A stretch of DNA of 64,000 bases from Candidatus Bathyarchaeia archaeon (GCA_050012255.1 JBEKHN010000010.1:22579-86578); one strand, 5' to 3'. Positions 51,785 to 61,591 are shown, counted from the stretch's first letter. Made by a program: numbers and translations. The notes: generated by a model from the letters alone, not told the origin.

Positions 51785-52888
51785 CTACTTGTATATCTTT
51801 ATCGGTTTTCCCAGAAGCTCAGCGTCTATTTCTTCGACGCCCAAGCCGCAACCCTTTGAGAAGGTTCTCGCAGAATCCTTGACACTCGTACCGCCTTTCT
51901 TGACCAGTCTGTCTTTGAGCAGAAGGTCCGAATCCAAGTCTGCGTACTGAATGTTTTTAACCCCTGCGGCCAAGTGGGCAGCCGCGGCTATGCCGATTTC
52001 AGACTCGCTCATGCATCCAATCATGCATGGCACGCCAGCAGCCTCAGCGACCTCGGCGATTTTCCTCCCATTCAGAATTCCGCCGCACTTCATCAATTTG
52101 ATGTTTATCAGGTCAACCGCTTCCGCGCGTATGAGTCGCAGAGCATCTCGGGGCGAGTGAACACCCTCATCAGCCATGATCGGCACAGGCGAGTTCCTCC
52201 TGACTTCGCGCAGGCCCTTGATGTCTTCTGCAGAAACGGGTTGCTCTGCAAACTGTATCTTGAACTTTTCAATCTTGTTGAGCACGTCAACAGCCTGTTT
52301 GACTGTCCAGCCTTGGTTAGCGTCAACCCGTATCTGCACGTCGTCACCTGCTGCTTCACGAACTGCCCTCACACGTACAACATCCTCAGCAGGGTCTGTG
52401 CCCAACTTCACTTTCAGCGCCCTGAAACCCTTCCTAACAGCGTTGGCAGCATCGCCAGCCATCTCCTTCGCGGATTTGATGCCCAACGTTATGTCCGTCG
52501 TGACTTCAGTCCGATAACCCCCAATCAGCATGAACAATTGTTTCCCAACTGTCTTTCCCAAAACATCATGCAGCGCCATGTCCACGGCTGCTTTCGCCGC
52601 AGGATTCCCCTCAACGATAGTGTCCATTAATTCAACATCCTGCTCGATCCTCAACGGGCACATACGAATGAGCTTAGGCCCAATTTTGTCTAGGGTTTTG
52701 ATTACTGTCTCGGCCGTTTCACCGGTCACCCTCTTCGACGGAGAAGACTCGCCCCAGCCGGTCACTCCATAGTCTGTAATCAGCTTCACAACAACGTTGT
52801 CCGCTTCGGTGCTTGTCCCAGGAGCAATTCTGAAAGGTTCCCTGTACTTCAAAGTAACGTGATAAACCGCAACCTGTCGAATTCCCAT
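51785..52888 (-). CDS. Dipeptide (L-Ala-D/L-Glu) epimerase, enolase superfamily
   Basis: KVKLG, DANQGW, EQP, MADE, NIKLMKCGG, DLD. Confidence 0.92.
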   Translation of the reverse strand: MGIRQVAVYHVTLKYREPFRIAPGTSTEADNVVVKLITDYGVTGWGESSPSKRVTGETAETVIKTLDKIGPKLIRMCPLRIEQDVELMDTIVEGNPAAKAAVDMALHDVLGKTVGKQLFMLIGGYRTEVTTDITLGIKSAKEMAGDAANAVRKGFRALKVKLGTDPAEDVVRVRAVREAAGDDVQIRVDANQGWTVKQAVDVLNKIEKFKIQFAEQPVSAEDIKGLREVRRNSPVPIMADEGVHSPRDALRLIRAEAVDLINIKLMKCGGILNGRKIAEVAEAAGVPCMIGCMSESEIGIAAAAHLAAGVKNIQYADLDSDLLLKDRLVKKGGTSVKDSARTFSKGCGLGVEEIDAELLGKPIKIYK

Positions 52889-53103
52889 TGGAGCCCTCTG
52901 AAGACAACCAAGTGTGTTATGTAAGGAAAAGCTTTGCTGAAGTTATTGATCGTGATCTCAACTTGAATATGCGCGCAGAGAGTGATTCTGCTTTTCTATG
53001 GAGACGAAGAACACTCTTCAGTTGTACGGAGCCGCAAAGGGTCCCACAGATTGCATAAAATTTATAACGCATACTCGAACATATAGGGAATTCCGTGGTA
53101 TAA

Positions 53104-53505
53104 ATGGAAATGAAAGAAGTGGCTAGGTGGGCCTTTCTCGCCTTTGTGGTCATAGCAATCGTGATGGGCTTGGTCATTGGCTACATGGCCTACAGCGCAA
53201 CGGGTCATTGGCTTGACACCAATGTTATGAATGCTGACGCGGACGTGATGTTAGTTCTTCTAATTCTTGGAATAATAGTAGGGCTCATAAGCATTGGCGT
53301 AAAGGACGTAACGCCGTTCCTCATAGCGACGATTGCTCTGGTCGTGGCAGGAACATTGTCGAATGTCTGGCAACCGTTAGGAACTATTCATCAACTGCTG
53401 TATGACTGGGCATTGACGATTCTGAAGTACATCGTCGCGTTCGCAACGCCGGCCGCCGTGATAATCGCCATTAGACTCGTTTTTTCAATAGCGAGAGAGA
53501 AGTAG
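53104..53505 (+). CDS. Hypothetical 4-TM membrane protein
   Basis: Hydrophobic ORF; GIIVGL...FLIATIAL...PAAVI. Confidence 0.8.
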   Translation: MEMKEVARWAFLAFVVIAIVMGLVIGYMAYSATGHWLDTNVMNADADVMLVLLILGIIVGLISIGVKDVTPFLIATIALVVAGTLSNVWQPLGTIHQLLYDWALTILKYIVAFATPAAVIIAIRLVFSIAREK

Positions 53506-53930
53506 AGCGTTTCTTCCACCTTCCCATTTTATTTTCTATAATTTATCTGCTTACACATTCGAAGAAATGCCTCACGTCTTTGTTCGCCGCTTGCTTGGCA
53601 ATGAAGCCCTACCCTGTTTCGTGTGTTGAACGATCTATTTTCACTTACCTCCCTCCCTTAGGGTTTCAGCCCTTTCCTTAGGTGTTGGGGAAAGCCCTTC
53701 TGGATTTCCGCCGTTCTGAGCCCAAGTGGACGTGGAGGACTTCGCGGAAAATATGAGCGAGGCAGGGAATTGCTTAAGGGGCTCTGCCAGTGCCAACTCC
53801 GATCATGGTTGGAATCATTGTCAGCAATTACGGGTGGAGATCCCTATGCACGCTTCCTCTCTTCCAGTCGAACGCTTTGAAGGCTCAGAGTTTTAATCGT
53901 GAACATGTCTACTGTTTGTCGGTGGTCAGG

Positions 53931-54833
53931 TTGATTAGAGGTCTAAAGGTAACGACTCTCGCGGAGAACATGGTCGGGTCTGAGTGTCTCGGTCAGTGGG
54001 GCCTCTCCTTTCTTTTGGAGTTTTCGGATGCAAAGGGTGATGAGAGGACGATGGTCTTCGACACTGGCATGCACAAGCAGGCGTTGCTGTATAACATAAA
54101 GAAGTTGAAGGTCGACCTGAGCGACGTGAACTGCGTCGTGCTCAGCCATGGTCATCTTGATCACACAGGAGCCACGGTTGAAGTCGTGAAAGCTGCGGGA
54201 GGAGTGAAGGTCTACGCTCATCCTCACACGTTTTTGTCCAGGTTCCACGTGGACAAAAGCGGAAAAAAGCGGCAGATCGGGGTTCCCAGAGGAGAGCAAC
54301 TGAGCGACGTTGAAATTGCCGGCGGCAAAGTTGTGCTCTCAGCGGAACCCGTCGAGGTCGTGCCGGGACTCTGGACCACTGGTCAGATTGAAAGAGTAAC
54401 GTCGTTCGAGCGGCCGCTACCCCTTTCTGAAGGGGAAAAGTTGACCATACTCGTCGACGGGAAAACGGTTGATGATAGTATACTTGATGATCAAGCGTTG
54501 TGGATGGACGTTGAAGAAGTCGGCCCCGTGGTCATCACGGGCTGCGCTCACGCGGGACCTGTGAACACGCTCCTACACGTTCAGAAGATCGGCGGCTTCA
54601 AACGTTTACACGGACTGCTTGGCGGCACACACCTTGTCGGGCGCTCCGAGGAATACGTTCAGCAAACGGTGAAGGAGCTAAGACGGTTCGGGTTGAGTCT
54701 GATTTCACCATGCCACTGCACCGGGTTCAAGGCAACGGTGAGGCTTTGGCAGGCGTTTCCAGAAGCGTTCGTCATGAACTTCAGCGGCAGAATCATTCAG
54801 GCTGGAAAAGAACCAGAAAGTCGAGTTTTCTAG
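53931..54833 (+). CDS. MBL-fold metallohydrolase (COG1237-like)
   Basis: SHGHLDH, GCAHAG, GGTHL, HCTG. Confidence 0.92.
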   Translation: MIRGLKVTTLAENMVGSECLGQWGLSFLLEFSDAKGDERTMVFDTGMHKQALLYNIKKLKVDLSDVNCVVLSHGHLDHTGATVEVVKAAGGVKVYAHPHTFLSRFHVDKSGKKRQIGVPRGEQLSDVEIAGGKVVLSAEPVEVVPGLWTTGQIERVTSFERPLPLSEGEKLTILVDGKTVDDSILDDQALWMDVEEVGPVVITGCAHAGPVNTLLHVQKIGGFKRLHGLLGGTHLVGRSEEYVQQTVKELRRFGLSLISPCHCTGFKATVRLWQAFPEAFVMNFSGRIIQAGKEPESRVF

Positions 54834-55130
54834 CTTGCTCTGTTCTCCCTTGAAGCTCTCGTTACTCCTTGAGATTCAGCGATTTTATTTGCATAGGATA
54901 TGCTTAATCTGCACCAAGAGTAAGCACGAGCCGCGCGCTCAAAGAAATAGGGGAAGCCATTTGAGAGATTAGCTTCTTAGGATTCTTGTACGCACTTGAA
55001 GCCGATCCTTCGTCGGCGAGGCACCGTATAAATAGCAGACTGTGATGAAAAAGATGCGAAGATCAAAGAGTCTGTTCGAACGAAGTGGATGAATTTGAAC
55101 GTTGGAGCTTGGGTTCTGATTCCCCTTCCC

Positions 55131-55310
55131 ATGTCTGGAAGATACTTGATTTGCCCAAGATGTGGGAGGGAAGTCTCCTCCGTTTCTAGCTACTGCAATT
55201 TCTGCGGGGCCTCGTTGCGTCCGGAACTTGTGTTGAAAATCTGCCCCAACTGCCAAAGCAGAATACCCGTTTCGGTGCGTTTCTGCCCTGAATGCGGAAG
55301 AAAACAATAA
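55131..55310 (+). CDS. Double zinc-ribbon protein
   Basis: CPRC, CNFC, CPNC, CPEC. Confidence 0.85.
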   Translation: MSGRYLICPRCGREVSSVSSYCNFCGASLRPELVLKICPNCQSRIPVSVRFCPECGRKQ

Positions 55311-55354
55311 GGGGCAATCTGTTGGCATCGTTTGCTTGTTTCTTCAAGCGCTGA

Positions 55355-55750
55355 CTACTTATTTTGGGCACCTTTTGCTGATACTTCGAAATATTTTTTC
55401 CAGTCTATCTGTGTGGCTTCAAGGACGTTACCGTCTGGATCCTGAAACGTTGCTTGTCTCCCGCCCCACGTTTCGTCGTGCAGTTCTTTTGCAAACTTGA
55501 TCCCCTTCATCTCTAGATCTGTGCAAAACTGGTCAACGTCATCCACGAGCAACTGTACGGTCGGCGACGTGTTGCACGGCACTTCGCCTTTTGGTTTTTG
55601 GATTAAGCCTATTTCTATGCCGCCACATTCGAACCCGACGTAACTTGGGAACTCGTACTTTCGCTCCAAGCCCAATGTTTCCTCATAGAATCTTGCAGCT
55701 CTCTTCAAATCTGACACGTAGAAGGTGATTGACCAAACAGTTTTAATCAC
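55355..55750 (-). CDS. VOC/glyoxalase family protein
   Basis: VSDL..A..FY...LG; WGGR..F.DPDGN. Confidence 0.92.
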   Translation of the reverse strand: MIKTVWSITFYVSDLKRAARFYEETLGLERKYEFPSYVGFECGGIEIGLIQKPKGEVPCNTSPTVQLLVDDVDQFCTDLEMKGIKFAKELHDETWGGRQATFQDPDGNVLEATQIDWKKYFEVSAKGAQNK

Positions 55751-56078
55751 ACGTTTCCCTCGGTGACATAAACATCCGGAAACGTATAAGTACTCTTCTG
55801 GCGGAAAATCTAGTCCAATGAGCTTGTGTTTCGCTCTAGGACCGGTATTTGCTCTCTTCTTATTTCTAGTGCATCGAAATATTTTGTTGCATTACCGGTT
55901 AGGTAGAGTAGTATAGTTTCGTCTGGGTCAAAGGCGTTTTGATTTTCCAACTTTTCCAGCGCTGCCAGCGTGGCGCGCGCGTGCTAATCACTCTCGTTCA
56001 CATGTCGCTTCTTGGTATGAGCAAGTTTATAATGTGAAACAAGGATGGTGGTTGTAGCTATCAGACAACAATTGCAGT

Positions 56079-56831
56079 GTGGGAGGTTCTGAGTTTAGCA
56101 GGTCGTTTGATCGTGTCGCAGAGATCTATGACGCAACCAGAGGTCTGCCTGGCGAAGTCATGAAGAGGCTGATGGAGACATTATCTGCTGAGCTAAATGG
56201 TTGCACCGAAATCTTAGATATCGGCGTCGGGACTGGAAGACTTGCTGAGCCTCTGCAAGACGCAGGATTTGAAATGGTCGGAATAGACATCAGCAGGAAA
56301 ATGGCAGGCAAAGCAAGAGAAAAAGGCGTGAAACAATTGCTTCTCGCGGATGCGCGTTTTCTCCCCTTCAAACCAGAGGCTTTCGATGCTGCGATCTGTG
56401 TCCACGTTCTTCATCTGATAAGTGAATGGAGAAAGGTTCTGCAAGAAATATGCCGAGTAAGCCGATCTGCCATGTTTTCCTTGTCTAACACTCACAGGAA
56501 CCCTGTTCGAGAAGCCTACCGCCGGCTGCTGCGACGCTATGGGTACGAAGGACATCGGCCAGGAATGTCAGAGCAACAACTGGAGGATTTGTCTCTGTCT
56601 GCAAAGTCGTTGTTTGTGTCTTCCTATGATGTGCACGCAGACGGCAGCTTGACCAGTTTGGAACAACAGGCTTCTTCAAGTCAATGGGAAATACCTGAAG
56701 ATGTGAACTTGAAGATAGTTGAAGAACTGAAAACCAGGTTTGTGGGAAAGGTCTTCAAACAGGAACTGTTTCTCTTGGTGTGGGACATAAATTCTTTGAA
56801 AGCATACGTAGATAACCTTCAGCGATGCTAA
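56079..56831 (+). CDS. Class I SAM methyltransferase
   Basis: YDATR, LDIGVGTGR, DARFLPF. Confidence 0.92.
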   Translation: MGGSEFSRSFDRVAEIYDATRGLPGEVMKRLMETLSAELNGCTEILDIGVGTGRLAEPLQDAGFEMVGIDISRKMAGKAREKGVKQLLLADARFLPFKPEAFDAAICVHVLHLISEWRKVLQEICRVSRSAMFSLSNTHRNPVREAYRRLLRRYGYEGHRPGMSEQQLEDLSLSAKSLFVSSYDVHADGSLTSLEQQASSSQWEIPEDVNLKIVEELKTRFVGKVFKQELFLLVWDINSLKAYVDNLQRC

Positions 56832-56976
56832 CGCGTGGGAAAAGGCAGAGTTTCCTGTAAGGCTCGTTTTCCAAAATCTGGGCGACCGCCGCGTGTAAGA
56901 ATTGAAGGCAAGCATGGAAGGTAAAGAAAAGACTTGAATAGCTCGAAGGGGTTTTTTAAGAACTGGTGATTTCGAG

Positions 56977-57219
56977 TTGGGTGAGCTTAAAACGATAGCC
57001 GCGAAGATCGAGTCTGATGTACTGCATGTGCCGGAAGAACTGAGAGAGATTTTGGGCCATGACACAAGACTCATCGTTGGCACGGCCGCAGTCGTCGCGT
57101 TCTCAGCAGGCACTTCTTACGCGGATGTCCTGAGGAGTCTCGAATTGATACGGGAAGACGTACAGTTTCGCCTATCGAAAGAAGAGTCACAGCATCAAAG
57201 GCGAGGAAAAAAACCGTGA
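56977..57219 (+). CDS. Small hypothetical protein
   Basis: 80 aa; VPEELREILG...SLELIREDV. Confidence 0.6.
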   Translation: MGELKTIAAKIESDVLHVPEELREILGHDTRLIVGTAAVVAFSAGTSYADVLRSLELIREDVQFRLSKEESQHQRRGKKP

Positions 57220-57332
57220 AGCGCGCTCTTCCTCCGACAAGGCGGCGGATCGGCTAGAGGATTCTAGTAGATGATCGAGAACGTCAGAATCAATGGCCGC
57301 ACTGCGTAGTATGGAAAAAGTAGGAGTGGGAC

Positions 57333-57731
57333 TTGACGAAGGATTCGAGCCGTTCACGTTTTGAGTGTGACTATCTTGTTGGAGACGATAGTTGCAGCGC
57401 GATAAGGGAGAGCGACATGGGAGCGCTCCGAGCTCAAGCGTGCCGCAATGAGGTCAAGGACGCTTGTTGCTATCTGTGCAGTCTGCGCAGGACTTGTGAC
57501 ATAAGATGCGATTTGCCTAAGAGACAGAGGACGATGAAAGAACGGGAAAGCGCTCAGCTGCCCACGTCCACTGGGACCCTGAATGAGAGTTTAGAAATGG
57601 AGTGCGGCAACTGTGTTCACTACATGAGACCGAAGTGTCCAAGAGGTTACGATCATGACAAAGAGCTCTCAAGAAGACAGGAGCCATGTGAAATGTTCCA
57701 GCCAGCCAAGACGATCAGTGGCAAACAGTAG
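57333..57731 (+). CDS. Cysteine-rich hypothetical protein
   Basis: CCYLC, CDIRC, CGNC; GGAG SD before TTG. Confidence 0.7.
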   Translation: MTKDSSRSRFECDYLVGDDSCSAIRESDMGALRAQACRNEVKDACCYLCSLRRTCDIRCDLPKRQRTMKERESAQLPTSTGTLNESLEMECGNCVHYMRPKCPRGYDHDKELSRRQEPCEMFQPAKTISGKQ

Positions 57732-57772
57732 TAACGAAAATGGTAACAAAAAGCGGTAACGAAAATGGTAAC
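57731..57772. repeat. Four GTAAC units at 12-13 bp period
   Basis: GTAACGAAAATGGTAAC at 57731 and again at 57756. Confidence 0.8.
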
Positions 57773-57810
57773 TTGTCTTCTGCCTGAATAGGGCTTATTT
57801 TAAGTGTGCA

Positions 57811-58056
57811 CTACAGCCGTTGGAAGACGCTGGTGGGTTCTTCCTCCTTTCTTCCATGCCAGTTGTCTCCTCGTCGTGCCCAGGCTTGTTTCTGGTCAAA
57901 ACTGGAGTTCGCACCGCCATTTTCTGGTCGCTTGAGCATGTGCTTCGAGAAACACGTTTTACAGTAAACTGGCTTGCCTGCCGTAGGCTTGAAGGGCACC
58001 ATAGCGGTTTGGCCGCAGTCGGTGCATTTGATTTCGAACATTCTTTTTTGGGACGT
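57811..58056 (-). CDS. CxxC-x17-CxxC zinc-ribbon protein; ACG (58056) or ATG (58041) start
   Basis: CTDCG...VPFKP..GKPVYCKTC. Confidence 0.88.
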   Translation of the reverse strand, partial: TSQKRMFEIKCTDCGQTAMVPFKPTAGKPVYCKTCFSKHMLKRPENGGANSSFDQKQAWARRGDNWHGRKEEEPTSVFQRL

Positions 58057-58174
58057 GTAGGTTCACCTCTGTTGGGCTTGAGCATAATTGAAAAATTTGG
58101 ATTTCCAATTATCATCGATTACAAAGCCCACGGCAGACTTAAAGGTTTCCATGAGTTTGCGAGAATCTGGTCTT

Positions 58175-58759
58175 TCATGTAGGGCGCGCTGTGCTCGTTG
58201 GGGTTTGTTTTCTCATGATGGTCCATGTTGTCCTTTGGAATTTGAAGCTTCGTCTGTTCGCCACGATCAGATAAATGAGTATAGCTGCGAGGACGGTCCA
58301 TGCTGTTGCGTTTAGGACTATCGTCGTCGGGTTCAGGTCCGTGGACCATCGTATTGCAGCGTCAAGGTGGTCATTCAGTTCGATGCTTACTTCTTCGAGG
58401 TTGTTGACTGTTCTCTGGTAGCCGTCGGATCCTGGGGTTTCGGTTGCGGAGATGTTCAGGGCTGTCTGGATGTTTTTGTCCAGGTCGTGCTTTATGAGGT
58501 CAAAGTCGGTGTCGGGAAGGTGGAAAAGCCAGTTGGGGTTTCCTGTTCTGTCTGCGATTGCCGTTTCGGCTCGGCTCATGTAATCTGCCATCTGGTCCAG
58601 GTTTATTGATGCTCTTGCCCTCCACAGGTATTCTTTGGCTAGCATGATGTCCACAACCATGGAGTTCCTTCCATAGGCGAAGTAGTAACCGTAGACGGCG
58701 ATTCCGAAAAATCCGATTATCACGAGTGCTGATAATGCTATCTTGTTCTTTCTCTGCAA
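58175..58759 (-). CDS. Hypothetical 2-TM membrane protein
   Basis: N- and C-terminal TMs; GNPNWLF.LPDTDF. Confidence 0.7.
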   Translation of the reverse strand: MQRKNKIALSALVIIGFFGIAVYGYYFAYGRNSMVVDIMLAKEYLWRARASINLDQMADYMSRAETAIADRTGNPNWLFHLPDTDFDLIKHDLDKNIQTALNISATETPGSDGYQRTVNNLEEVSIELNDHLDAAIRWSTDLNPTTIVLNATAWTVLAAILIYLIVANRRSFKFQRTTWTIMRKQTPTSTARPT

Positions 58760-58924
58760 GGCTCTTACCTTTTAAAATACGTCTTGGGAATAAGCATTTA
58801 AGTTTTCCATTTCTGCCTCTTCGTGTGCGCGCTGAACACCAACTGCGATATGCAGATTGCTGTGAACACTGACTTCATAAATCTAATAAAACAAAAGTGG
58901 CAAATCTCAAGCCGAGAATGTAGG

Positions 58925-59326
58925 ATGAAGATTCTCCGTAGAAAAAGGTCCACATACGCCCTCAGCTTAATCCTATGCTTAGCAGGGATAGCTGCGCTTT
59001 TGACCACGCTTTGGAAAACTTGGCCACAGGTTTCGTCAGTCAAAGACCCTTTTTCAACTTTTCTGACGCTTCTATGGACGGAAAAACTGGACTTCATTCC
59101 GGGTCTTGAATTTAAACTGGTATACCTCGTCGTCTTAGGGGATGCTATGCTCATTTCAGGAGTAGTATTGCTTGTCTTGAGCGTGCAACGGTTTTATCTC
59201 CCGGGAAACGTCGTGTGGTATCGATGCCCCTTCTGCAAGAAAGATTGGAAATCAAGCGGAGACAAAGGACTAATACACTGCCCTCATTGCCGCCAACTAG
59301 TTCATCCGATGATCATTGAAAAATGA
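58925..59326 (+). CDS. Membrane protein with C-terminal zinc ribbon
   Basis: 2 TMs; CPFC...CPHC. Confidence 0.8.
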   Translation: MKILRRKRSTYALSLILCLAGIAALLTTLWKTWPQVSSVKDPFSTFLTLLWTEKLDFIPGLEFKLVYLVVLGDAMLISGVVLLVLSVQRFYLPGNVVWYRCPFCKKDWKSSGDKGLIHCPHCRQLVHPMIIEK

Positions 59327-59525
59327 GTCCAATAGCCTCCCGCTAAGAGCAGAGGAGTCGTAGCAACTAGTTCAAACTCGGGAAGAACATCGCCTAGATT
59401 CCAAGAATCGCAGGGTGTTATTTTCGCGCGAAAAAAACATGTTTTGACAGAGCCTCAGATCTACTGGGTCAGTGATTAGTCTTTGCGCTTCTTTCTTGCG
59501 CCGCGCCTACGAGCCTTGCAAAAGC

Positions 59526-60083
59526 TTACTTGGCTATCATGACTTCAGTTGCTTTCACTATCGCTTCTACGATGTCCCCGACTTTTATGTTCAGATCTTC
59601 AAGGGCTTCCTTTGTTATAACAGCCGTCACTACAGAAGGCGCGGTTACGTCGATCTTGACTTTTGCTGTAACGCCGTCTTTTTCGACTGCCACAACTTTT
59701 CCTTTCAAACGGTTTCTTGCACTAATCTTCAAATTCTCCACCTCCCAGTATCCTTTGTTGGCAAGAATCTCACTCAGACAATTCTCTAGACGCTCGTATT
59801 CGTCTAGCAGACTCTCACCGCACTCGGTCAATCTCGCACCGCCACCGCCAGACTTGCCTCCTCTGAACGTTTCCAAGACCGGTTCGCCAAGGGCTTTTTC
59901 CATGTTCTGCATGTAACCCCAAACATAACGATACGACATGCCGAGCTTCTGAGCAGCCTTTGAGATTGATTCTTCCTCTTTGATGCTTTCTAGGATTTTG
60001 GCTCCGCCCTTGCCCAGTAGCGGTTTTCCTTTGTACTCTATCCAAATCTTGCCTGAAGGCTTGTGTTTGCCGCGGGAGAGCAT
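59526..60083 (-). CDS. modE: ModE-like regulator (wHTH plus one TOBE/Mop domain)
   Basis: SISKAAQKLGMSYR, GGKSGGGARLT, KISARN; ATG 60083. Confidence 0.9.
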   Translation of the reverse strand: MLSRGKHKPSGKIWIEYKGKPLLGKGGAKILESIKEEESISKAAQKLGMSYRYVWGYMQNMEKALGEPVLETFRGGKSGGGGARLTECGESLLDEYERLENCLSEILANKGYWEVENLKISARNRLKGKVVAVEKDGVTAKVKIDVTAPSVVTAVITKEALEDLNIKVGDIVEAIVKATEVMIAK

Positions 60084-60132
60084 TCTGGCTGTTATTGTTG
60101 TAGTGCAATTCTTATAAAGTTTAGAGCCGCTG

Positions 60133-60437
60133 GCGCGCATGCTTGTTCCGAAAATGGTTAAAAATGGTCTTAATTCGTCTTTGTGGTTTGGGGGCAATTC
60201 TAGGCCCCGCGTCGGTTCTCGGTCTTCTCGCATTGTCCGCCTTTCTCGAGCTGTGGAGGGTTAAGTTGAACGTCGCAGTGTGACTTCGCGATGATCAGGT
60301 CGGCTGATGCTCAAATTCATGATTTTCCATCCTCAGCACGATCAAGACTTGGCTACAAGACAAGCCCGTATCGGACGTGAACAGGCAAAAGAAGAATAGA
60401 AACCATTTCAGACCAGATTAGGAACACGCATGCCCGC
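60133..60437. mobile_element. MITE-like element, 305 bp, ~50-bp imperfect TIRs
   Basis: GCGCGCATGCTTGTTCCGAAAATGGTTAAAAATGG vs reverse complement of right end GCGGGCATGCGTGTTCCTAATCTGGTCTGAAATGG. Confidence 0.82.
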
Positions 60438-60596
60438 TAATCCATGGCGGCTGTAGCTGTCGGTCGATTCATTTAGATCGATCGAAAGCACGCCTAACGA
60501 CTTACGGTATCTCTCGTCGGGCAACAGTGTCTCTTCTGCTGCGATAATTTTATAAAGGTCATCGAAATGAATAAGAAAACATATCGGCGATCAGAA

Positions 60597-61580
60597 ATGG
60601 AAGCATGGCAAAACATCTTAATTGTGGCAGTAATAGCGACAGTCGTTGTGATTGCAGGAACAATAGCTTACTTAGATTTCTCCCCAACACCTCGCCTGAC
60701 AATATCTACAACCACGAGCCTCTACGACACCGGATTGCTTGATCAAATAAAGACACAATATGAAGAAACTCATAAGGTTAACATCTACTTCTCTCCACAA
60801 GGAACAGGTATCGCCCTCGCAAACGCAGCAGCTGGAGAGGCTGACGTAGTTTTAGTTCACGCGCCGTCATCTGAATATCCTTACCTTGCAAATGGAACTT
60901 TAGCCTGCAGAAAAATCATCGCTTGGAACTACTTCACCATAGTTGGGCCAAGCTCGGACCCGGCTAAAATCACAGGCAAAAACGCTACCGAAGCGTTGAA
61001 AAGCATACTAGCATATGGAAGAAACCAAACGGGCACGATAGTTTGGGTTTCGAGAAATGATGCCTCTGGAACATACACAAAAGAGGTAAGCCTCTGGAAA
61101 TCAGCAGGCTACAATTGGACGACAATATCAAAAGAATCGTGGTTTACGAGCACAGGGCAAGGCATGGGCGCAACGTTACAAGTGACTGACCAAAAAAACG
61201 CATACACGCTTTCAGATATAGGCACCTACCTTTCGTTTTCGCACAGCGGCACGATCTCTCTGGCAGCACTAGTAAAAGGTCCTGATTATTCCTTGCTTAA
61301 CGTCTACAGCGTGTACACGGTAAACCCCCAAGCAGTCAGCAACGTCAGTTTCAGCCAAGCGATAACCTTCATAAAATGGCTTGTTTCAGATGCAGGCCAG
61401 CAAGTGATAAGCAGCTATGGTACAGGCAATTATTCGCAACAGCTGTTCTATGGTGCAGTTCAGCCTCTCAAGAATGGCAGTCCACAGCCTGACGTTTCTT
61501 GGATAAAGCAATATGCGTTCTTCAACGGTACAGAATGCCCAACGCAATATCAAGGTGGCCATCCAGAGCTCTATTCTTAG
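60597..61580 (+). CDS. tupA: Tungstate ABC transporter substrate-binding protein
   Basis: TTTSLYDTGLL, GTG, VHAP, SRNDASGT, GQGMG. Confidence 0.92.
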   Translation: MEAWQNILIVAVIATVVVIAGTIAYLDFSPTPRLTISTTTSLYDTGLLDQIKTQYEETHKVNIYFSPQGTGIALANAAAGEADVVLVHAPSSEYPYLANGTLACRKIIAWNYFTIVGPSSDPAKITGKNATEALKSILAYGRNQTGTIVWVSRNDASGTYTKEVSLWKSAGYNWTTISKESWFTSTGQGMGATLQVTDQKNAYTLSDIGTYLSFSHSGTISLAALVKGPDYSLLNVYSVYTVNPQAVSNVSFSQAITFIKWLVSDAGQQVISSYGTGNYSQQLFYGAVQPLKNGSPQPDVSWIKQYAFFNGTECPTQYQGGHPELYS

Positions 61581-61591
61581 AGGCAAAATGA

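Noticed and set aside
57731-57772. CRISPR array
   Set aside because: Units far too short, no spacers, no cas genes
59421-59434. Palindrome TTTTCGCGCGAAAA between convergent genes
   Set aside because: Adequately explained as a terminator-like T/A tract; no further support
60084-60233. N-terminal extension of ModE
   Set aside because: Runs through the promoter and the MITE end
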